DNA of 64,000 nucleotides from Neocallimastix sp. 'constans' (lineage: Eukaryota), in NCBI GenBank assembly GCA_050613775.1, contig JBODTK010000015.1, positions 186,001-250,000 of the forward strand, read 5' to 3'. Under the pieces are notes generated by a model. The model worked only from the letters and a program-made list of their open reading frames with translations, ran no database searches and was not told the origin of the DNA. This document shows positions 1-17,170 of the stretch, one piece after another. Each line of letters starts with the position of its first letter. Position 1 is the stretch's first letter. The translations under genes were made by a program, and so were the position numbers.

Positions 1-280
1 TCTGAAATATATACTTATATCCGAATACCATTTTTTGGACATTACTACATTTGCTTCTTTTGATGTTTTTTTTTTTTTTTTTTTTAAGATTTTTGGTGCG
101 ATTTTGAATTTTTTTTTTTTTGATTTTTTGATAGATTAATTTACTTTATCATAAAATTAACTTTACTTGTCCGGGAAAGTTATTATTAATAATAGATCCT
201 AGGGGGGGGGGGAAGGTAAAGCTATGAAGACGATTTATACCTATTTTAAGGCGAAATCCCCCCTTAAAAAAACTTTAGAA

Positions 281-326
<46 letters not shown>

Positions 327-879
327 GTATGAAAAAACCTATAGAACGATTGACAATTAGTTTGATAATATTCCATATTTATCACATTTATTAAAAATGT
401 CATTAATGAACCTTTTTTTTTTTTAAAATGTGGTATGGAAAAACCTAGAACAGTTAACAATTGACTTAATAATATTCCATATTTTCACATTTATTAAAAA
501 TGTCATTAATGAACAAGATAAATAAAATTGGTGAAAGGGGGGGAAGGACAACCTTGACGAGCACGTTTCTTAATAACTAAATAATTCTGATAATTGTCCC
601 CATCAATTCTTATACAAGTCTTGGAAGATAAGATTGATTAATATATTTTTGCATTCTTTTTTTTTTTTTTTTTTTTTATTTTTTTACCCATTTTTTATGC
701 TATCCTACTATCCTTTTCAAGAACTAACGAACATTTAATTTTAATCCAATATAAATATTCTTTTATTTTTATTTTTATTTTTTTTTTTCAAAAATTTCGT
801 TAATATTTTTTATGAATTGATTCACGTAGTCTGTTATGTGAGTCAACTATTTTTAGAAAATTCATCGGAATCATTTGCA

Positions 880-2000
880 GAAACATAATGTTTAATTTGG
901 TTTGTATTTAATATGTTTTTACTTTTTTAAAGACAATAAATTTTTACGGGGACAATCTAAATATCACTTTTTCTGATTTCTGTTGAAGAAGTCATCAATA
1001 AATTCTTAGCCATGGAATTAGTAGTGTTAATGAACTTTTTTTCAATTACATAATCTATTGAAAGTTCTTCATTTCCTAATTCTTCACTAAGAATTTCAAA
1101 TTTATATTGTGATGACATATTTCTTTCTTTTGTTCAAGACATTTATACCTATCCCATCTTACAAATTTTTTTTTTTGGTAACAAAAATGATTCATCTGTA
1201 GTAATTTTCTTACAATAAACAATGAGAGGTTTATGATCAGATACAGAAGGATAATCAACAAAATAAGCCCTTGATATTTTATCCAGCATTACTTGAATTG
1301 ACGAAAGCATGATCAATATCTGATGAATAGCTACCTCTTGTCCATGAAATAAGTGAACCATTAATCTGAAGATTAAACCAGTTATCAAGGTTACTATTAG
1401 ATAATTTATCTTGTAAGTCAGAGGTACTCATGTTAAAGTCTCCAAGAAGAATAGATGGACGATTAATGTGATTCCGGAAGCCAATGTGAAAACTTCTGAA
1501 AATGCCTATCGAACTTGTAATGAGTATTTCTTAGTGGGGAATATAGATATTACCTACAGAAAAACACTTAGAGTGATTCCATAGACTATATGTTATTAAA
1601 GAAACAAGATAAGTGTAGGAATTATCTTCAAGTACTGCTTGACATGAGACATGATACCCAAGATATAAACTTCTGAAACCTGATGTAGTTGGATCCATTC
1701 TTTTTTTTTTTTTTTGGAAATATTTATATAGTTGGGAAGTGTTACTTTACATGGATTTCTAGCATCAATGGTACCATTACCTGTTTCCTGAATATATAGG
1801 AATAATGGTTTAAAAATGGTGTTGGAGTACTCAATACTATCTCTTTTCACAAATTTCCGATCCATCCATTGGTATTCCGACTAAAACAAAAAAGAAAACT
1901 TTCCTGTGTTAGATGGTGAAATTGGATTTTGAGAATTAAGATTAGGAATATTGGGGAGCATTGAGTTCATGATTGCCATTATTATTAACATTTACTAAAT
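880..2000 (-). mobile_element. Degraded non-LTR retrotransposon (LINE), APE endonuclease remnant
   Basis: Minus-strand translation across frameshifts gives APE motifs in order: FLYIQETG (ORF 1596-1865), PSILLGDFNMSTS (~1423-1460) and SVSDHKPL (ORF 1149-1388). Many stops and frameshifts; limits approximate. Confidence 0.75.
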
Positions 2001-3378
2001 TTGTTGAACTGAGGTTTACTTTGTTAATATCATTGAATGTGTTATTAGATATTAAATTTTGCTTTAAATGCTGAAAAGATACCTTATGATTCCATTTGGA
2101 ACATCTACGATAGGAAATTTTTACTCCTGATACTACTTTTTCAAAAATGCATCTTCAAATTTTTTCGTGGTTGAAATTTGGAGTGTAGACTTTTATCTTG
2201 AAGAGACTATCATTGAATTTAGTAATTCTTTTTCATTGATAAAATATTATTATTGAATTTTTTTTTTTTTTTTTTTGAATTTAGGATGAATAAATTCCTT
2301 CATTTTTAGCATTGGTCCATGAGTGTATATCACGGATAAAAATCAACCTTGTGTTGTCAATAGATGTTCCATAACAGCAAGAACTCAAAAAAATTAAAAA
2401 AAAAAAAAAAAAAAAAAAATTAAATAATATGAATATTTTTCTTCGTTCTTAGTTCAGTAATTGATAGATTGTTAATATCTTTTGAATAATTGTTTTTCTT
2501 TTCAATTAATAAAGCTCTTTAAAACGTAAAAATTTTCTGTTAAATAATCATATATTAGCTAAAATGTAGATGTAAATAAAATGCCAGTAGTGAAGGACTA
2601 TACAAAGATTCCCATCCGTTAAATAATGTTTTAAACACAAGCTTTGGAGTTAATCAATCTCCTACATTTCCATTTTACAATATCTATATGAGAGTTTAAA
2701 TAATACTATAAAAAAAAAAAAAAACTTTTTACACATTAACAATTTAAAAGTTGAATTAAATGTTCCTATTAAATATTAAAAGAAAAAAATAAATAATAAA
2801 AAATAAAAATAAAAGAAATAAAACAATGATTACTTATAATAAAATAAAATTATTAATAAAAATAAAAACAAGAATAAAAATAAAAATAAAAAAAAAAATA
2901 AAAATAAAATTTTATAAAAAAAAAAAAAAAAAAAAAAAAATTAGATTATATATTTTAATTATTGTAAAACATATATAATTTTATTATTTATTTATTTATT
3001 TATTTATTTTCGATAAGTGCAATTTTTTACTTAAATAGTTAGGAATAATAATTATTTTTAATTAAAAATTATACATTATTTTATACATATAGATAAATAT
3101 ATAAATATATATATTTTTATTTCAATTATTATCATTACTTTTTTTTTTTTTTGTTTTTGTTTTGTTTTTTTTAATTCAACTATATCTAATTTCTATTAAA
3201 TAGATGAAAGTGAAATTTCAATTATATGGTATATATTACATAATAATAAGTATTTATATTACAAAAAAAAAATTATTAATATTTTCATTTGTTAGATATA
3301 TTTATTTGTTTTGTTAATTTTTTTTTTTTATTTATTTTATTTTATTTTATTTTATTTTTTTTTTTTTTATTTTTTTTT

Positions 3379-3936
3379 TTACTCATTAGCCTTTTCAATT
3401 AATTTTTTAGCATGTTCTTCTAATTTACCAATCATAATTCTATGTTCTTCTTCCTTATCTTTGATGAAGAAAGTTAAACCACCAGTAGCAACATAACCTT
3501 CATATTTCATTCTACATAAATTGGCTAATTGGTTGAAACCCTTTGTTAAATCATCAAGAGTTATATTTTGGGAGCCACCTTGTTTGTAGGCTTCAAGTGG
3601 AGCACCAACTGTGAAAGAAAGTATTAATCTTTTATCCTTTAAAGCAACACCCTTTGAACCATAGGCAAAACCATGTTCCAAAACATCTTCGAACCATTTT
3701 CTTAGGAGAGAAGGAGTGTTGTACCAGTACATTGGATATTGAAGGATGACTACATCAGCCTTAAGTAATTTTTCTTGTTCTTTCTTTACATCGATTTTGT
3801 AGTCTGGATAGAGTTGATACAAATCATCAAATTCAGTTTCTGGATTTAACTTTTTGACGTTATCAATAATAGCCTTAGTAGCAAAAGATTTTCCTTCAAG
3901 ATTTGGGTGAGCAATAACAATAAGAACCTTTGGCAT
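3379..3936 (-). CDS. Flavodoxin-fold NAD(P)H:quinone oxidoreductase (Flavodoxin_2; KefF/KefG/MdaB-like), 185 aa, intronless
   Basis: Motifs VLIVIAHP, DLYQLYPDYKIDVKKEQEKLLKADVVILQYPMYWYNTPSLLRKWFEDVLEHGFAYG and LSFTVGAP are typical of the family; single complete ORF. Confidence 0.92.
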   Translation of the reverse strand: MPKVLIVIAHPNLEGKSFATKAIIDNVKKLNPETEFDDLYQLYPDYKIDVKKEQEKLLKADVVILQYPMYWYNTPSLLRKWFEDVLEHGFAYGSKGVALKDKRLILSFTVGAPLEAYKQGGSQNITLDDLTKGFNQLANLCRMKYEGYVATGGLTFFIKDKEEEHRIMIGKLEEHAKKLIEKANE

Positions 3937-4119
3937 TTTGTTTTATAAAATTATAAAATAATTAATAGTAGAATTTAAATAGCTTGAATTTTTTTTAACT
4001 AATTAATAAAAATCAGTTTATTTTTTTATTTTATTTTTTTTTTTTTTAGAATTTTTATTCGAATGTAAAAGAGAAATTGAATAATTAATAAAATGAAATT
4101 AAAAAAAAACTTTTATTTG

Positions 4120-4151
<32 letters not shown>

Positions 4152-4849
4152 TTTTATATACAAAAATTTTTATTTAAAAAATTTTTTTATTTTAATTTAA
4201 TTAAATTAAATTTAATTTAATTATTTCTAAATATGGATAATCCCTTTTCAAAAAATAAATTAAATTTATAATTTTAAACATTATTAAAAACAAAAAAAAA
4301 AAAAAAAATTTAAAAATTTCTATTAAATAAAAAAAAATAAATTATATAATAATACCATATATAATATATATATTATAAATAGAGTGTAAATATATTATTA
4401 ATATATTATGAACCATGTTAAGGAAAAATAAAAATAAAATCAAAAAAAAAAAAAAATTATGGAAACAGAAAGAAAAAAAAGAAAAAAGAAAAAGAAAGAA
4501 AAGATAAAAAAAAAAATTTATATAAAAAATGATATTATATATATTATATTATATATATTATATATACATTAATATATATAAATTATATCAAATATATTAT
4601 ATTATTTATTATATTTAGATTTTATATCTTTTCGGATGAATTAAATTTTTTTTGAACTGAACATTTTTAATTGTAGAAAAAGTGGATTTTTTTAAAAAAA
4701 ATTATTTACTTAATAATTCATTCATTCATTTATTATATCAACTATTTATTTATTTAATTAATTATTAATCATTTATTTAATTATTTAATTTCTGTTATTT
4801 AATTATTTAATTTCTTATATAACGTTAAATTTACAAAATTTTATTATTA

Positions 4850-5935
4850 TAAATAAATAATAAAAAATAAAAAGAGTATTTATTAATAAATAATAAATAA
4901 TAAATAATAAAAAGAGTATTTAATAATAAATAATAAATAATAAATAATAAATAATAAATAATAAATAATAAATAATAAATAATAAATAATAAATAATAAA
5001 TAATAAATAATTGAATAATAAATAATAAATAATAAATAATAAATAATAAATAATAAATAATAAATAATAATAAATAATTAAAAAGAGTATTTATTAATAA
5101 TAAATAATAAATAATAAAAAGAGTATTTAATAATAAATAATAAATAATAAATAATAAATAATAAATAATAAATAATAAATAATAAATAATAAATAATAAA
5201 TAATAAATAATTGAATAATAAATAATAAATAATAAATAATAAATAATAAATAATAAATAATAAATAATAATAAATAATTAAAAAGAGTATTTATTAATAA
5301 TAAATAATAAATAATAAAAAGAGTATTTATTAATAAATAATAAATAATAAAAAGAGTATTTATTAATAAATAATAAATAATAAATAATAAAAAGAGTATT
5401 TATTAATAAATAATAAATAATAAATAATAAAAAGAGTATTTATTAATAAATAATAAATAATAAATAATAAAAAGAGTATTTATTAATAAATAATAAATAA
5501 TAAAAAGAGTATTTATTAATAAATAATAAATAATAAATAATAAAAAGAGTATTTATTAATAAATAATAAATAATAAATAATAAATAATAAATAATAAATA
5601 ATAATTAATAAATAATAAATAATAAATAATAAATAATAAATAATAAATTAATAAATAATAAAAAGAGTATTTATTAATAAATAATAAATAATAAAAAGAG
5701 TATTTATTAATAAATAATAAATAATAAAAAGAGTATTTATTAATAAATAATAAATAATAAATAATAAAAAGTATTTATTAATAAATAATAAATAATAAAT
5801 AATAAAAAGAGTATTTATTAATAAATAATAAATAATAAATAATAAAAAGAGTATTTATTAATAAATAATAAATAATAAAAAAAGAGTATTTATTAATAAA
5901 TAATAAATAATAAAAAGAGTATTTATTAATAAATA
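4850..5935. repeat. Compound satellite of (AATAAAT)n punctuated by AAAAAGAGTATTTATT
   Basis: About 1.1 kb of 7-mer repeats with a recurring AAAAGAGTATTTA motif, visible directly. Confidence 0.95.
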
Positions 5936-7671
5936 ATATAATATAATATAATATAATATATAATTTATATATATTATTTTGTATATATTAAATTCATTTG
6001 TATTGACAGAATAAATCATAAAAATTTTTTATTTTTTATTTTTTTATTTTTTTTTTGTTAATTAAAGATATTAAATAAATATTAAATAAATATTAAAAAA
6101 TAAATATTAATTAAATAATATTAAAAAATAATATTTTATCCTCTATCCGATATAAATATGCCTTCTTAAATATTTCATATGATTTTTTTTTTCCTCCTGC
6201 AAAGAATTCCCTTTAATTTTATATGAATTAAAAAAAAATTTTTTTTTTTTTAACATGAGCAATGAAATTAGTTCATCGATATTTACGGATTAACCTAACC
6301 CCTAATTATTATTCATCCTCATTTTTTTATATATATATTATATATATTATGCTCATGTTCAATGGAAATAATAATAAAATATTATAAAATATTATAAAAA
6401 TATGGAAGTATAATATTATAAAATATAAAATATAAAATAAAATACAGAAATATAAAATAAAATACAGAAATAGGATGCAAATGAAGCTCAAATTTAATAT
6501 TTTATAATATATATATATATTTTATTTAGTAATATAATTTTTTTTTTATTTAAAATAAAGAAGAAATCATTTTTTAAATAATAATTATTGACATGTATTT
6601 TATTTAGAATAAAGCAGAATGTACTTAAATTTTTTTTTTTTTTTTTACGATAATTTCACAACATATAAAATATAAAAATAATATAAAATAATATAATTTA
6701 TATTTTGAAGTTAACAATTTTTAATTTGTAATACATAAATCCTAACATTACAAAAAGATTTAAAAAACTGAATCCGTTCAATAGTTGAAATATTTATTTA
6801 TTTATTTATTTATTTTAATACTTTTTTTTTTTTTTTTTTTTTTTTTTAACTTTTTACTTTTTATTTTTTATTCTTACTTTTTATTTTTTAATTTTTTTTT
6901 ATTATTTATTAATTATAAATTATTTTTATTTTTATTTTTATTTTTATTTTTATTTTTATTTTTATTTTTATTTTTATTTTTATTTTTATTTTTTTTTAAA
7001 AGTTATTGTAATGTTGAGTGTGAGTTAAAAATAAAGATTCCTTGAAATTTTATAACATATTCCTAACAATGAATAAGCCTTTAAAATAATTATTTCTTAT
7101 TACAAATTTGTTTCATCTATACAATACTTATGGATTTAACAGAAAAAAAAAAAAAAAACAATTTTTAATAAAATTGAAAGGAATTTTTTTTTTTTTTTTT
7201 TTTTTTTTTATTATATTAATTTCTATTATTATTGCTTTAGATTTTTTATTTAATAATAAAATTTTAATTATTTATATAAAGATAATAGTTTATATTAAAA
7301 AAAAAAATTAATGATTTAGATGTTGATTTAATATAATTTCATAAATAATACAGATATCGAAAAAGAGTATAGAAAGGTTTTTTATTTTTTTATTTTTTAT
7401 TTTTTTTTATTTAATTTTTTTTTAATTTAATTTATTTTTTGTATTATATACCATATATAATATATACAGATATATTTTTTACTATTAATTACTATTAAAA
7501 AACCTATTTTGTTAATATTATTATTATTATTTACAAAGTTTTTTTTTTTTATAAGTGGTATTTGATAAATTATTATTTTATTTTTTTAACTTTTTATTAT
7601 GATTATTAGTATTATTTTCTAATTAAAGTAGAATTAATTATTAGTTAAAGTATATTGGCTTTTATACTGGT

Positions 7672-10937
<3,266 letters not shown>

Positions 10938-11659
10938 GATATTAATATTTCTTTCAATTATATTGTAACTGTTATAATTATTATCTTACTAATATTATTA
11001 CTGTTATAATTATTATTTTATTACTATTATGATGATTATGATTAATATTTATTAAATTTTTATTAGCATCATTACATCTATTATTTTTTTATTATTTTTA
11101 TTTAAGAAATAAATTTTTAATGTAATATTATTTATTTAATATATTAATATTATTTGAATTGTCAAGAAATGGGAGAGAAAAAAATAAAAAATAAAAAATA
11201 ATAAAAAAAAAAAAAAAAGATAAAAAATAAAAAAGAAGAAAATAAAATATTTAAAAATATTTCATTAATAGTAATAGTAATAGTACTAGTAATAGTAATA
11301 ATATTAATTGAAATAAAATATATTATATATATATATATATATATATTTTATTAAAATTTTAAAATTTAGAATCAGTAAAACTGTATTTTTATAAATTTAA
11401 ATATTTTTTTTTTTTTTTTTTTTTTTTAATTTTATTTATCTCATTTATTAATACATGAACTATAAATTTTATAAAATTTTATATTTTAAGATAATGTATT
11501 ATGCATATGATATTAAGTAGATTATAATCAAATTCACGAATTCATTATATATTCAGAAACTTTTAACTATTATATAGTTAAAAGTTTCTGAATTATAAAA
11601 TATATAATTTTAATATAATAAGCATAATTATAAAATTGGTAATTTTTAATAGAATAAGC

Positions 11660-12323
11660 TTTACTCCTAACACTCCCCCTAAAGTTTTTTTTTTTTTTAC
11701 TCATTAAAATTTTTTAATCTAAATTATAATATTTATATTTAATAATTATTTAAATTATTTTTACATCTTTACTTAAAATTTTTGTATTACCGATTTTCTA
11801 ATGTTATTTGAAGAGATTATAGATTTAAATATTTTTGTTACACCATCTGTAAAGATTTTCATTAGTCTTTATACTGAAGCTTAATTTTTTTTTTGTTTAA
11901 TTAATTATAATATAATATAATCTATTTAATAATTATTTAATTATTTTTCATCTTTCCTTAAAATTTATGCATTAACGATTCTCTAAAGTTATTTAAAGAG
12001 TTTATATATTTAAATATGTTATTAACTCATCTGTTAAGATTTTCATTACTCTTTTTATATTGTATTTTTTTTTCTTCTATATTTAATATTAATTGTTTTT
12101 AATAATTTATCTATAAAACTAATTTATGAAATAATATATTTATTATTTTCTTTTTTCAACATTAATACCAAAAATATAATTTATTGATTTTTTCTTTAGA
12201 AACTTTAAAATTGTCTTTAATAATATTTATTTGCCTTTTTAATTTCACATATATATATATATATATTTTTTTTTCCCTCCTGTGATTACCATATCAACCA
12301 CATATGGTACAATGAAACATATT

Positions 12324-12355
<32 letters not shown>

Positions 12356-12860
12356 CTATATTTTGGCAAAAATGTATTTTTTCAGTAAGTAGTTGTGTAA
12401 AACTATTATCAATTTTGAAATTTCGATATTGCTATGTTCCATCGACGGCCAGATTGTTGTAGTCCTTGTAAAGCTTTTTATTTAACTTCTAAATATCCTT
12501 TCCCTAAGTTAGGATCTCTAGGAGATATTAGTAATGTGGATATCCTTTTCTAAATCAGCATGGAGATACGCAACTTTTATATTCAGTTGTAAAATGGACC
12601 AAGAGAATTTGGACAAGCTAAAAACTTATAATTAATTTTAAAGCGTTCATATTAAAAGTTGGGGAATAAGTAAGATTCAAAACCTATACCTCTTTTTTTT
12701 TTGATTAAAAACCTCAGGTAACAACTCTTACCTTTCTTTTAATAATATTATTATTGGGGTCTAATTTATTAGCAAAAAAAAAAAAAAAACTCATCTTAAA
12801 GATATATAACATTTGTTGTTATTAGGAATTTATTTGACATACAAAAAAAAAAAAAATTTT
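11660..12860 (-). mobile_element. Degraded Ty1/Copia LTR retrotransposon (RT, RNase H end, PPT)
   Basis: Minus strand gives KRGI.F..TYSP (~12660-12700) and WSILQLNIKVAYLHADLEKDIH (~12535-12600). A decayed RNase H end (NENL..DG) is present twice at 11720-12060. PPT AGGGGGAG followed by TGTTAG at ~11667-11680. Confidence 0.7.
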
Positions 12861-13022
12861 TTTTTTTTTTCCTTCCAGAATCTATAAATTATTGTTTATT
12901 GATTAAGGTTTGATTTGAAAATTTTTAATTCTTCTGAATTTAAATTAATATCATTTTGGATTGCTTTTGGTTTTTTTGATGGAATTTAAATCATTATTAT
13001 TATTATTATTATTTGGTCCTTA

Positions 13023-13059
<37 letters not shown>

Positions 13060-13092
13060 GACTTTTAGAACTTAAATTATTATTATTTTGAA

Positions 13093-13126
<34 letters not shown>

Positions 13127-13220
13127 AAATTTGAATAAATTTATATTATTCAAAAAAAAAAAAAAATTTTTTTTTATTATTTTTTTTTTTCTTCATTTTA
13201 ATTAGAAATAATTTTATAAA

Positions 13221-13265
<45 letters not shown>

Positions 13266-13440
13266 CTTCTTCTTCAGTGGAGAAGTAATCGCCATTCACC
13301 TATTATTTCTGAATTTATTTTTATTACTATGTATGTCATCTCTATTGATTATCATTTTGTTCGCTATGGATTAGCTTGATTTAATGATATATTTTGGGTT
13401 AATGTGTGTTATTCTCCAAAAAAAAAAAAAAAAAATAATA

Positions 13441-13519
13441 GGGAGAGTTGCATTTCGCCAATTGGCGTATTGATATCAATAGAAGAATGAATGAATAAAT
13501 AAATAAAAGTTCAAAATAT

Positions 13520-13558
<39 letters not shown>

Positions 13559-13816
13559 TTTTTATAATATTTAGTTAATATTCAATATTATTTTAATATT
13601 ATTTTTACCAATAATATATTATTAATATTTTATAAAATAGTAATAAAATAATGATTTATAAAAAATATATTTAATTTTATATATAAAAAAAAATATATAT
13701 ATATATATTTTAAAAAAAAATAAATAAATCAATATTAGTATTATTTTAATTTGTTTATTTGTTCATTTAATAATTTTCAACTTGGCGAAATGCAACTTGG
13801 CGAAAATGCTCCCCTC
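13441..13816. mobile_element. Non-autonomous MITE (~375 bp) of the Mutator-like family at 30805-33280
   Basis: Left end GGGAGAGTTGCATTTCGCCAATTGGCGTATTGATAT and right end CTTGGCGAAATGCAACTTGGCGAAAATGCTCCCCTC are inverted to each other and match both ends of the large element in opposite orientation. Interior is non-coding. Confidence 0.85.
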
Positions 13817-14015
13817 TCTCTCTCTCTCAAAAAAAAAAAAAAAAAAAAAAAAAAACATTTTAATTTTGAATTATTTTTTTTTTTTTTTTTTTTTTGGGAA
13901 AGGTGATATTTTTCTTAACATTTTTGAAAATTTAGGAAAAAAAAGGATCATTTAAATTTTCAAATTTGATGAAATTTTTAAATAAAATAAAATAAAATAA
14001 AAAAAAAAAAAAATC

Positions 14016-14296
14016 AAATTTAAGAAATGATATATATTATATTTTTTTTTATCAGTGACAAAATTAGATAATGAAATTTAAGAAATGATATATTATATTT
14101 TTTTTATCAGTGACCAAATTAGATAATGAAATTTAAGAAATGATATATTATATTTTTTTTATCAGTGACCAAATTAGATAATGAAATTTAAGAAATGATA
14201 TATTTTATTTTTTTTATCAGTGACAAAATTAGATAATGAAATTTAAGAAATGATATATTATATTTTTTTTATCAGTGACCAAATTAGATAATGAAA
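14016..14296. repeat. Minisatellite, ~55-bp unit x5
   Basis: Unit AAATTTAAGAAATGATATATTATATTTTTTTTATCAGTGAC(A/C)AAATTAGATAATG; ATCAGTGAC recurs at 14051, 14106, 14161, 14216 and 14271. Confidence 0.95.
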
Positions 14297-15023
14297 TATT
14301 AACCGGGTCATTTTCAATAACTAATATTTCACTAACATAATGTCACTTATAATCCCTTATAATCCTTAATTAAACTACAATTTTGCTTCGTTATTAAATC
14401 CTAGAAAAAAAATTATTTGATGGCATTTTATTGAAATCTACCTTTATTTTGGTCAAAAATTTCATTGTTTTAAGTAAGGCATCCAGATGTTTTAATATGA
14501 TTATGCTTTACTTTAGGATCATAAAAATTTTCATCCGATATATATATATATTTTTTTTTTGAAATTTGGTGTGGCGCTTTATTCTTTAAATAATTTGCAT
14601 ATTAAATATAGTATAAATTCAAAAATTTTGGTAAATTACCCTAGTATAAAAAGCGTTTTGATGCATAAAAAATTGACGTCTGATTAAATCTATCAGCTAT
14701 ATCTTTATTTTTTTTTTTTTTTTTTTGGATTATAGGGAGGAGAATACCATCTTTCTCATAATAGTCTATAATCTATTATTTTATTTATTTTTATATTCCT
14801 TTCGCATTATCAACATTAAATTTTATTGTTTTTAATTGCATAAAAGGTTGTAATTTTTTTTTCTTATATAGTTTTTTTTTTTTTTTTTTTTTTTTTTTAA
14901 TCTAAAATTGCAATCGAAGTAATATTTTCGTTTGATATATTAAATAAAATTTTAATTCCTGTTTTTAGATAATTCTGAACTTCTTATCATATTTTCTAGT
15001 AACAATTTTAAAGTGTTATAAGA

Positions 15024-15071
<48 letters not shown>

Positions 15072-16006
15072 TGTTTTTTATAATTATTTATATAAAAATG
15101 AAATTCACTATAGCTATCGAAAACTAATGTAGATCATTGTATTTATTTTAGACTTTTCAACCTTTGATGTAAGACCTCTTTCCTAAGTCAGCATTGATTT
15201 GTTATATAATGTTTCAAAGGTTTCATTATCATTTAGTAGTAACCCATTTTGGCTTGATACTGGAAGAGAATTTTGCAAATATTTGACCTTTTCATCTTTG
15301 GATAATATTAATAATTGGTTTTCAATAATAATTTATATTCATCATCGTTCATTTCTTAAATTTCATTTGATACGGTCATTTTCTTCTTTAGCATAAATGG
15401 AATTAAATTTCTTGATTCCAATTGGTAGCATCACTGATATTTCCTCGATAATTCTTTTTTAAGTTTTCTATATAAATTTGAAAAGCTGATACAATTTCAG
15501 TCACTTCTTTGTGAATTTCAAACAATATGGATTACAAGATGAACAGTCTTTACTATCTATAGTATTTTCGTAGATTATTTTAATATTTTTCTTTCGCCTG
15601 CGGATTTTGAGGATCCATATTTTTAATTTTTATCTTCTTCAAAAAAAAAAAAAACTCTCTAAATCTTGTTCTTTGTTCCATCACATCAATGCAATTAGAC
15701 TAAATAATAAAATCCTTTGGTCTTTTCAGAATGGTTACCCTGAGTTCGGATATTTTAGTTTTTATTTAATTCTCCCAAGATTTTTGAGACTCTTAATCCA
15801 TTAACAAGTTAAAATACGGTAGACTCTTGAGAGTTTTAATATGCTATTTTATTTTGCTATTTTATTATATTTTATTTAGTAGGCGTCAAGACAAAAAAAT
15901 ATTTTTTAATAATGAATAATTAATTCATACATTTTATATTTAATACATAAAATTTATTCATAAATAAATAGTATAATTTAAATAATAAAAATAAATAATA
16001 AAAAAT

Positions 16007-16037
<31 letters not shown>

Positions 16038-16451
16038 ATTAAATATATATATGAAATAATTAAATATAAATAATAAATAATTTTATTAATATTTTATTTT
16101 CTAGTATATAAAAAATAAAATATTTTCTTAAAAAATACTTTATATTTTTTTTTTTTTTTTTTTAAGGCTGATTATTGTATATGTGAAATAATGAGAAATA
16201 AACTTCAAATGTATTTATAATGTATTGAAACATATTGTATATATATTAACGTATAAGCCACATTGTGTAAGTATAAAAACATGTAATTTGAAATAATCTA
16301 CTCTTTGTAACTCTTTTTCCTAAAACATAGTAATAAAGTTGATATAATTATTAAACCCAAATTTCACGACTCTTAACCATTATAATAAATATATATATAA
16401 ATATATATTTTGTATGTCTTGTATGGAAGTATTATCAATATTAGTTCAAGA

Positions 16452-16486
<35 letters not shown>

Positions 16487-16549
16487 AATTTTATTTAACT
16501 GTAATGCATTAATTCAAAATTTATAATTTATCATAAAGTAAAGAAAATA

Positions 16550-16586
<37 letters not shown>

Positions 16587-16819
16587 CTTCATTTTTTAAA
16601 AATTATAAAATAAAATATTATTTAAAAAGTTTTTTTTAATCAAAACATATATATAATTAAATATATTTATTTAAATTTTTAAAATATTTTATTATAAATG
16701 GAAGAAAATATAAATATTGAAGTAAGTTAAATTAATTGGTATGGAAAAGAATAAATTTTTATTAATAAAACATATAAATTTAATTTTTCATCCAAAAAAA
16801 AAAAAATAAAAAAAAAAAA

Positions 16820-17170
16820 AAGATAATTTTAAAAGGTATATAGATGTACTGAATATAAAATTTTAAATAAATGTAAATCTTTCATTATTTTTTAAACGAT
16901 GCGAAGGAAATTTTTAAAAATATAAAAGTTTACATAATCATCTTGAAAAAGAATTGGATGCATTTATCTCAATTACAAAACATAAAAATTAAAGATGAAA
17001 TTAGAAAAAAATTCAATTTATTTTGAAGTATAAAATCTAAAACTTATATTTAATGAAATTTCACAATAAATGGGATTTATATACCCTTAATATAAAACAA
17101 TTAAATCCAAAATAACAAAAAAAAAAAAATATAAATAAACATTTATTACTTCCTTCCTGATGTAACAAAA
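16820..17170 (+). mobile_element. Fragment of Mutator-like transposase 5' region (zinc-finger part)
   Basis: ATGTACTGAATATAAAA..TTAAATAAATGT..ATCTTTCATTATT and AATCATCTTGAAA match 31183-31283. Translation RCTEYK.LNKC...HNH resembles a FLYWCH/WRKY-type C2H2 finger. Confidence 0.65.

Noticed and set aside
301..520. Local ~120-bp tandem duplications (also 37480-37710)
   Set aside because: Ordinary duplications with no further structure.
4850..5935. CRISPR-like repeat/spacer appearance
   Set aside because: The spacers are just AATAAAT multiples, there are no cas genes, and the context is eukaryotic.
6785..7311. F/L/I-rich ORFs here and at 3311, 19775, 20444, 41539, 42188, 42237, 49517, 53449-53904, 59205 and 59720
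   Set aside because: Translations of poly-T or microsatellite tracts, or antisense to real genes.
14300..15900. Higher-complexity stretch, possibly a decayed transposase on the minus strand
   Set aside because: Only a weak TSIAIL-like resemblance to the MULE; no diagnostic motif could be confirmed.
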